From an uncultured Thiobacillus sp. (lineage in GTDB: Bacteria > Pseudomonadota > Gammaproteobacteria > Burkholderiales > Thiobacillaceae): 32,089 nucleotides of DNA. Below are positions 27,432 through 32,089 of the stretch, piece by piece; position 1 is the first letter of the stretch, and every line of letters starts with the position of its first letter. The translations under genes were made by a program, and so were the position numbers. The stretch is from the NCBI GenBank assembly GCA_964599015.1, contig CAZREY010000001.1, positions 1-32,089 on the forward strand, in the 5' to 3' direction. The notes beneath the pieces were generated by a model. It saw nothing but the letters and a program-made list of their open reading frames with translations, made no database searches and was not told the origin of the DNA.

Positions 27432-29102
27432 ATGGCCAAGCCTACCCAACCCGCTGAAATCGCCCGTGAAGCCATCCGTCTGCTGGCGTCGCGGCGAAAA
27501 CCGCCCACCCCGGACAATTTTCAGCGTGCCTACAGTGAGGTCTCGGGCATGGCAGCGGAGCAACAGCGGGAAGAATCCGGTGGCGAGAGTAAACCGGAAA
27601 CGAATTGGGCTGATGTGCTGCGGCCCTTGTTCAAGCAGTGGGATGCCCGCCAGAGCGGCCTGACCCAGACCCGCAAGCGGGAGATGATGGAACGGGTGCT
27701 GATCAACTTCGGTGGCAATGCCCAGCAACTGGGGGAAAAACTGGTTGCCCTGGCGAATTCCTGGGCATCCGGTGCCCGTGCGGAGAATGTCCTGGGCGAG
27801 GATTCCGCCGAATCCCCGTCCGGGGACACGCCAGAGCCCTCGCCGGACTCCACGCCAGCTCCCACATCCGGGGTGGAGCAAGCCGCCACAATCGAGCCCG
27901 CACGGGAAACGGATTGCCGTCCCCTGGTGGGGACCCTGGCCGATCATTTCCGCCAATTGGCGGACAGCTGCGATCCCCGTTGGCCCGATCTCGCCCAACG
28001 GGCCGGGGCATTGGGACAGGCCCTGTCGGGCCGCGATACCCTGTTGCCGGAACAGTTCGACACCTGGTCCGTGCTCTGGCGCGAGGTGTTGATGCGGGCC
28101 GAGGATGACCACGAACTGTCCGCCGGACTGAAGCGTCTGGTGGGGCTGTTGTTCCTCAATATCGGTGAGCTGGTGGGGGACGAGGCCTGGCTCTCCGGCC
28201 AGCTGGCGGCCATGCAGAATGTCATGGCCGGCGACCTGCAGGCGGACGCCCTGCTGGAGGCGGAGCGCAGCCTGCGGGAACTGGCCTACAAACAGGGCGT
28301 TATCAAGGGCAGCCTGGACGAAGCCAAGGCCAAGCTGAAGACCCTGATCACGACCTTCATCGACCGTGTCGGTGAAATGAGCCGCAGCACCGATGGCTAC
28401 CAGGTCCGCATCGGCGCGTATTCGGAGAAGATCAGCCAGGCCTCCGACATCACGGAACTGGGCGACGTGGTGGAAGGCCTGTCCGCCGATGTGGCCGATC
28501 TGCGGGATGCCCTGGGCAAGAGCCATACGGAACTGGTGGCGGCCCGGGGGCAGGCGGAACAGGCCCAGGCCCGCATCCAGGAGCTGGAGCAGGAACTTGC
28601 CCAGGTTTCCGGCCTGCTGCGGGAAGACCAGCTCACCGGCGCCCTGAACCGGCGCGGCATGGAAGAGGCCATGGCGCGGGAACTGGCCCGTTCCGAGCGC
28701 CTGGGTGCCAGCCTGTCCATCGGCCTGCTGGACATCGACCACTTCAAGAAGCTCAACGACACCCTGGGCCACCAGGCGGGCGACGAGGCCCTGCGCCATC
28801 TGGCCAGCGTAGTGAAGGGCCTGCTGCGACCCACCGATACCCTGGCGCGTTACGGCGGCGAGGAATTCCTCATCCTGCTGCCCAACACCGGCGCGGAGGA
28901 GGGGGCGGAAGTGCTCAAGCGGGTCCAGCGAGCGCTGACCAAGGCCTTCTTCCTGCATGAGAACGAGCGGGTGCTCATCACCTTCAGCGCCGGGGTGGTG
29001 GAACGGCGGGATGTGGAAGCCGGTGCCGACATGATCGCCCGTGCCGATGCCGCCATGTACCGCGCCAAGCAATCCGGGCGCAACCGGGTGGAGGTGGGGT
29101 AG
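27432..29102 (+). CDS. Cytoplasmic diguanylate cyclase (GGDEF domain with intact A-site and I-site; long helical N-terminal region)
   Basis: 556 aa. C-terminal GGDEF domain with LTGALNRRG, DIDHFKKLND and RYGGEEF. RPTD (RxxD) sits 5 residues before GGEEF. The N-terminal ~380 aa have no hydrophobic TM segments. They contain an acidic Pro/Ser-rich linker and a long coiled-coil-like stretch. Confidence 0.9.
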   Translation: MAKPTQPAEIAREAIRLLASRRKPPTPDNFQRAYSEVSGMAAEQQREESGGESKPETNWADVLRPLFKQWDARQSGLTQTRKREMMERVLINFGGNAQQLGEKLVALANSWASGARAENVLGEDSAESPSGDTPEPSPDSTPAPTSGVEQAATIEPARETDCRPLVGTLADHFRQLADSCDPRWPDLAQRAGALGQALSGRDTLLPEQFDTWSVLWREVLMRAEDDHELSAGLKRLVGLLFLNIGELVGDEAWLSGQLAAMQNVMAGDLQADALLEAERSLRELAYKQGVIKGSLDEAKAKLKTLITTFIDRVGEMSRSTDGYQVRIGAYSEKISQASDITELGDVVEGLSADVADLRDALGKSHTELVAARGQAEQAQARIQELEQELAQVSGLLREDQLTGALNRRGMEEAMARELARSERLGASLSIGLLDIDHFKKLNDTLGHQAGDEALRHLASVVKGLLRPTDTLARYGGEEFLILLPNTGAEEGAEVLKRVQRALTKAFFLHENERVLITFSAGVVERRDVEAGADMIARADAAMYRAKQSGRNRVEVG

Positions 29103-29103
29103 C

Positions 29104-29148
29104 GGGTGAGGGAGCGGGCCGGTGTTGAGGCCCTGGCCGGGCTCACCC
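29104..29148 (+). terminator. Stem-loop after the diguanylate cyclase gene (possible weak terminator)
   Basis: GGGTGAG (29104-29110) pairs with CTCACCC (29142-29148). An inner GGGCC/GGCCC stem is enclosed. The hairpin is followed by CCCCCTCTTC rather than a clean T-run. Confidence 0.3.
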
Positions 29149-29167
29149 GTCCCCCTCTTCAAATTAC

Positions 29168-29216
29168 CGGCAACATTTGCCGCCCCGGGCACGGCTTGCC
29201 GCCCATGACTGCCGCA
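29168..29216 (+). promoter_or_regulatory. Candidate upstream activator sites for the flgB sigma-54 promoter
   Basis: Dyad CGGCAA-CAT-TTGCCG at 29168-29182. Direct repeats TTGCCGCCC at 29177 and 29196, with a partial CTGCCGC at 29209. They lie about 90-135 nt upstream of the predicted start site. Confidence 0.25.
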
Positions 29217-29246
29217 TTCCCGGCCGGATCAATCACATGACTTGAT

Positions 29247-29259
29247 AATCAATGTGTTA
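29247..29259 (+). promoter_or_regulatory. IHF-consensus site
   Basis: AATCAATGTGTTA matches WATCAANNNNTTR at all defined positions. Its centre is 24 bp upstream of the -24 GG. Confidence 0.45.
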
Positions 29260-29275
29260 ACGCGTTTTCCTGCGT

Positions 29276-29291
29276 TGGCACGCCAATTGCT
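29276..29291 (+). promoter_or_regulatory. Sigma-54 (RpoN) promoter for flgBCDE
   Basis: TTGGCACGCCAATTGCT contains TGGCAC-N5-TTGC with correct GG/GC spacing. It lies about 30-50 nt upstream of the flgB start. Confidence 0.75.
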
Positions 29292-29339
29292 CACACCGGT
29301 GCAGTATTTCGTCGCCAATCCATGGCGCTGGAGCCCCGG

Positions 29340-29750
29340 ATGCTGAACAAGATCGACAAGGAAGTGGCCTTCGTGCAGTCCGCCCTGAATCTCAGGGCGC
29401 GTCGGCAGGAGATCCTTGCGTCCAACCTGGCCAACGCGGACACCCCCAACTACAAGGCCCGGGACCTGGATTTCGCCTCCGCCCTGCGCGGCGCCATGGG
29501 CGCCGCGGGCGGCCCCCTGACCCTGGCCCGCACCCAGTCCGGGCATCTGGACGGCACGACGTCCGGCGGCGGCGCGGCCGCCGCCCTCAAGTACCGCGCC
29601 GCGGTGCAGCCCAGCCTGGACGGCAACACCGTGGACATGGACGTGGAACGGGCCCACTTCACCGAGAACGCCTTGCATTACCAGTTCCTGCTGGACCGGG
29701 CCAGTTCCGCGTTCAGCACCATGAAACTGGCCGTTGGCGCGGAACGATAG
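29340..29750 (+). CDS. flgB: Flagellar basal-body rod protein FlgB
   Basis: MLNKIDKEVAFVQSALNLRARRQEILASNLANADTPNYKARD is a typical FlgB N-terminus. GGAG lies 6 nt upstream of the ATG at 29340. An in-frame ATG at 29322 is an alternative start. Confidence 0.9.
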   Translation: MLNKIDKEVAFVQSALNLRARRQEILASNLANADTPNYKARDLDFASALRGAMGAAGGPLTLARTQSGHLDGTTSGGGAAAALKYRAAVQPSLDGNTVDMDVERAHFTENALHYQFLLDRASSAFSTMKLAVGAER

Positions 29751-29767
29751 GAATCGAGGAGCACTGA

Positions 29768-30181
29768 ATGAGCATGTCCAACGTTTTCCAGATCGCCGCC
29801 TCGGCACTCACTGCCCAGTCCATGCGGCTGAACGCGGTGTCCTCCAACCTGGCCAATGCCGATTCCGCCCACGCCTCCACGGGGGAGGGCTACAGGGCCA
29901 AGCAGGTGGTCTTCCAGGCAGTGCCCATGGGCGGCGGCGCAGCCTGGGCCCAGGGGGTGCGCATGAAGGAGGTGATCGAGGATCCCGCCCCGCCCCGCCT
30001 GGTCTACGACCCCAAGCACCCCCTGGCGGACGGCAAGGGCTACGTGGCCTATCCCAACGTGGACCCGGCCGAGGAGATGGTGAACATGCTGTCCGCCTCC
30101 CGCTCGTACCAGACGAACGTGGAAGTCATGTCCACCGCCAAGAATCTGATGCAGCGGACCATCGCTGTCGCCCAGGCCTGA
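29768..30181 (+). CDS. flgC: Flagellar basal-body rod protein FlgC
   Basis: 137 aa with ...SALTAQSMRLNAVSSNLANADS... and the C-terminal SYQTNVEVMSTAKNLMQRTI. GAGGAG Shine-Dalgarno upstream. Confidence 0.95.
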   Translation: MSMSNVFQIAASALTAQSMRLNAVSSNLANADSAHASTGEGYRAKQVVFQAVPMGGGAAWAQGVRMKEVIEDPAPPRLVYDPKHPLADGKGYVAYPNVDPAEEMVNMLSASRSYQTNVEVMSTAKNLMQRTIAVAQA

Positions 30182-30195
30182 TACAGGAGTAACCC

Positions 30196-30867
30196 ATGGC
30201 TGTCACCGCCGCGCAAGGCACGCCCCAAACCGATGTGATCAATTCCATCAACGGCAGTGCCACCGCCAAGTCCAGCGTCCAGGAGATGAGCGACCGGTTC
30301 CTCAAGCTGCTGGTCACCCAGCTGAAGAACCAGGACCCCATGAACCCCATGGAAAACGCCGAACTGACCATGCAGCTGGCCCAGATGTCCACGGTGGAGG
30401 GGGTGAACCAGCTGAACGACAGCCTGGATGCCCTCAATGCCCAGTTCCGCGCCTCCCAGGTGATCCAGGGGGCGGGCATGGTGGGGCACCAGGTGCTGGC
30501 GGAGGGGGATTACCTGCTCTTGTCCGAATCCGCCGGCGTAGGGGGGGTGGAACTGGAGTCGAAGGCGGACAGCGTCAAGGTGGACATCTACAACGCCAAC
30601 GGCAATCTGGTCCGTAGTCTGGACCTGGGCGAGCAGGACTCGGGCCTGGTGCGCTTCGTCTGGGACGGCAAGGGCACCGACGGCACGGCCCTGGCGGACG
30701 GTGACTACACATTCCAGGTGACCGCCACGGCGGCGGGCAAGGATGTGGCGGCGACGACCTATTCCCTGGGGCAGGTGTTGAGCGTGGCGCTGAAGGACAA
30801 CGCCATGGAGGTGGAAGTTTCCGGCCTGGGCAACCTGGGCATGGACCAGATCAGACAGATATTTTGA
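30196..30867 (+). CDS. flgD: Flagellar hook capping/assembly protein FlgD
   Basis: 223 aa with the LLVTQLKNQDPMNPM motif and a FlgD Ig-like C-terminal region. AGGAG Shine-Dalgarno upstream. Confidence 0.9.
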   Translation: MAVTAAQGTPQTDVINSINGSATAKSSVQEMSDRFLKLLVTQLKNQDPMNPMENAELTMQLAQMSTVEGVNQLNDSLDALNAQFRASQVIQGAGMVGHQVLAEGDYLLLSESAGVGGVELESKADSVKVDIYNANGNLVRSLDLGEQDSGLVRFVWDGKGTDGTALADGDYTFQVTATAAGKDVAATTYSLGQVLSVALKDNAMEVEVSGLGNLGMDQIRQIF

Positions 30868-30955
30868 GTACCCCAGGCCGCCTGATGGCGGCTGGCCCCC
30901 AAGGGGGTCAAGAAACTCGGGGCTGCCCTACGTTTTTTGAGAAGGAGAGGGTGAG

Positions 30956-32089
30956 ATGGGCTTTCAACAGGGTTTGAGCGGACTCAACGGCGCGGCCAAG
31001 AACCTGGACGTCATCGGCAACAACATCGCCAACGCCTCCACGGTGGGCTTCAAGTCCTCGGCCACGCAGTTCGCCGATGTCTACGCCACTTCCCTCTACG
31101 GCGCCGGCGGCCTGCAGGTGGGCATCGGTTCCAAGGTGGCCGATGTGGCCCAGCAGTTCATCCAGGGCAACATCAGCACCACCAACAACCCCCTGGACCT
31201 GGCCATCAGCGGCGAGGGTTTCTTCCTGGTGAACCAGGGGGGCGCCACAGCCTATACCCGCAACGGCCAGTTCCACCTGGACAAGCCCGATGCCAACGGC
31301 CAGAGCACCATCGTCAACAGCCAGAGCCAGCAGTTGATGGGCTACGGCGTGGATGCCAACGGCAACGTGGTCACCGCCAGCCCGGGTCCCTTGCAGATCT
31401 CCTTCGCGGACATCGCCCCCCGGGCCACGGGCGACGTGTTCCTGGTAGCCAACGTGGATTCCACCCAGACCGCCCCGGGCGTGGCCTTCACCACCAACAA
31501 CGCGGCCAGCTACAACGCCGCCACCTCGGTGACCGTCTACGACACCCTGGGCAATGCCCACGCCCTGACCCTCTACTTCGTCAAGGCGGCGGCCGCGAAC
31601 ACCTGGAACATGTACGGCGACATCGACGGCAGCGGCATCGCCAACGTGGACCTGGGCGCGGGTGCCGGCACCCCCGTCTCCCTGACCTTCAACTCCAGCG
31701 GCACCCTGACCACCGCCATGCCCATCGCCGGCGTGGATGTGACGGTCACCACCGGTGCCGTCACGCCCCTGACCTTCGACCTGGATCTGTCCGGCACCAC
31801 CCAGTTCGGCAGCGCCTTCGGCGTGAACTCCGTGTCCCAGGACGGGTATGCCTCGGGCCGCCTGGCGGGCCTCTCCGTGGCCGAGGACGGCACCATCCAG
31901 GGCCGCTACACCAACAGCCAGTCCAAGGTGCTGGGCCAGGTGGCCCTGGCCTATTTCGCCAACACCCAGGGCCTGCAGCCCGTGGGCGACAACCTGTGGG
32001 TGGATTCGGCCGAGGCCGGCCAGGCCGTCATCGGCGCGCCGGGCAGCGGCGTACTGGGCGTGGTCCAGTCCGGCGCGGTGGAGGAATCC
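30956..32089 (+). CDS. flgE: Flagellar hook protein FlgE, N-terminal 378 codons (3' end lies outside the window)
   Basis: Not in the ORF track because it has no stop in the window. My own translation from the ATG at 30956 gives MGFQQGLSGLNGAAKNLDVIGNNIANASTVGFK. It is preceded by GAAGGAGAGG. The frame stays open to base 32089. Confidence 0.9.
   Translation, partial: MGFQQGLSGLNGAAKNLDVIGNNIANASTVGFKSSATQFADVYATSLYGAGGLQVGIGSKVADVAQQFIQGNISTTNNPLDLAISGEGFFLVNQGGATAYTRNGQFHLDKPDANGQSTIVNSQSQQLMGYGVDANGNVVTASPGPLQISFADIAPRATGDVFLVANVDSTQTAPGVAFTTNNAASYNAATSVTVYDTLGNAHALTLYFVKAAAANTWNMYGDIDGSGIANVDLGAGAGTPVSLTFNSSGTLTTAMPIAGVDVTVTTGAVTPLTFDLDLSGTTQFGSAFGVNSVSQDGYASGRLAGLSVAEDGTIQGRYTNSQSKVLGQVALAYFANTQGLQPVGDNLWVDSAEAGQAVIGAPGSGVLGVVQSGAVEES

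Overview
This is a high-GC, densely coding proteobacterial chromosome window. The gene order looks beta-proteobacterial or Rhodocyclales-like, which is inference only. About two thirds is conserved housekeeping synteny. The blocks are: ispG(partial)-hisS-yfgM-bamB-der; a FlaG-like gene on the opposite strand; hfq-hflX-hflK-hflC-yjeT-hisZ-purA; a yejABEF-style peptide ABC importer (binding protein, two permeases, fused double ATPase); mltD and gloB on the minus strand; and methyltransferase-rnhA-dnaQ. The last ~9.5 kb is less ordinary. A TonB-dependent receptor and an orphan periplasmic binding protein run straight on from dnaQ. They converge on a minus-strand flagellar block, flgA-flgM-flgN, that ends in a CopZ-like metal-binding gene. 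A cytoplasmic GGDEF diguanylate cyclase sits in the flgA/flgB divergent junction and is followed by flgB-flgC-flgD-flgE(partial). I found no rRNA or tRNA genes, CRISPR arrays, transposases, integrases or recognisable defence genes, so there is no support for a canonical mobile or defence island. The most unusual signals are listed here. (1) Two intercistronic elements are each built from tandem heptanucleotide G-rich repeats followed by the complementary C-rich heptad repeats. Each spans from the upstream stop codon to a downstream start codon that has no Shine-Dalgarno sequence. (2) Non-flagellar genes are embedded in the flagellar locus: the CopZ-like HMA gene translationally coupled to flgN, the diguanylate cyclase between flgA and flgB, and the receptor plus transporter-less binding protein. 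(3) Near-consensus sigma-28 (flgM) and sigma-54/IHF (flgB) promoters are readable directly. (4) The ABC binding protein carries both a lipobox and a C-terminal membrane anchor. Long antisense ORFs in the track are high-GC shadow ORFs and were not called.
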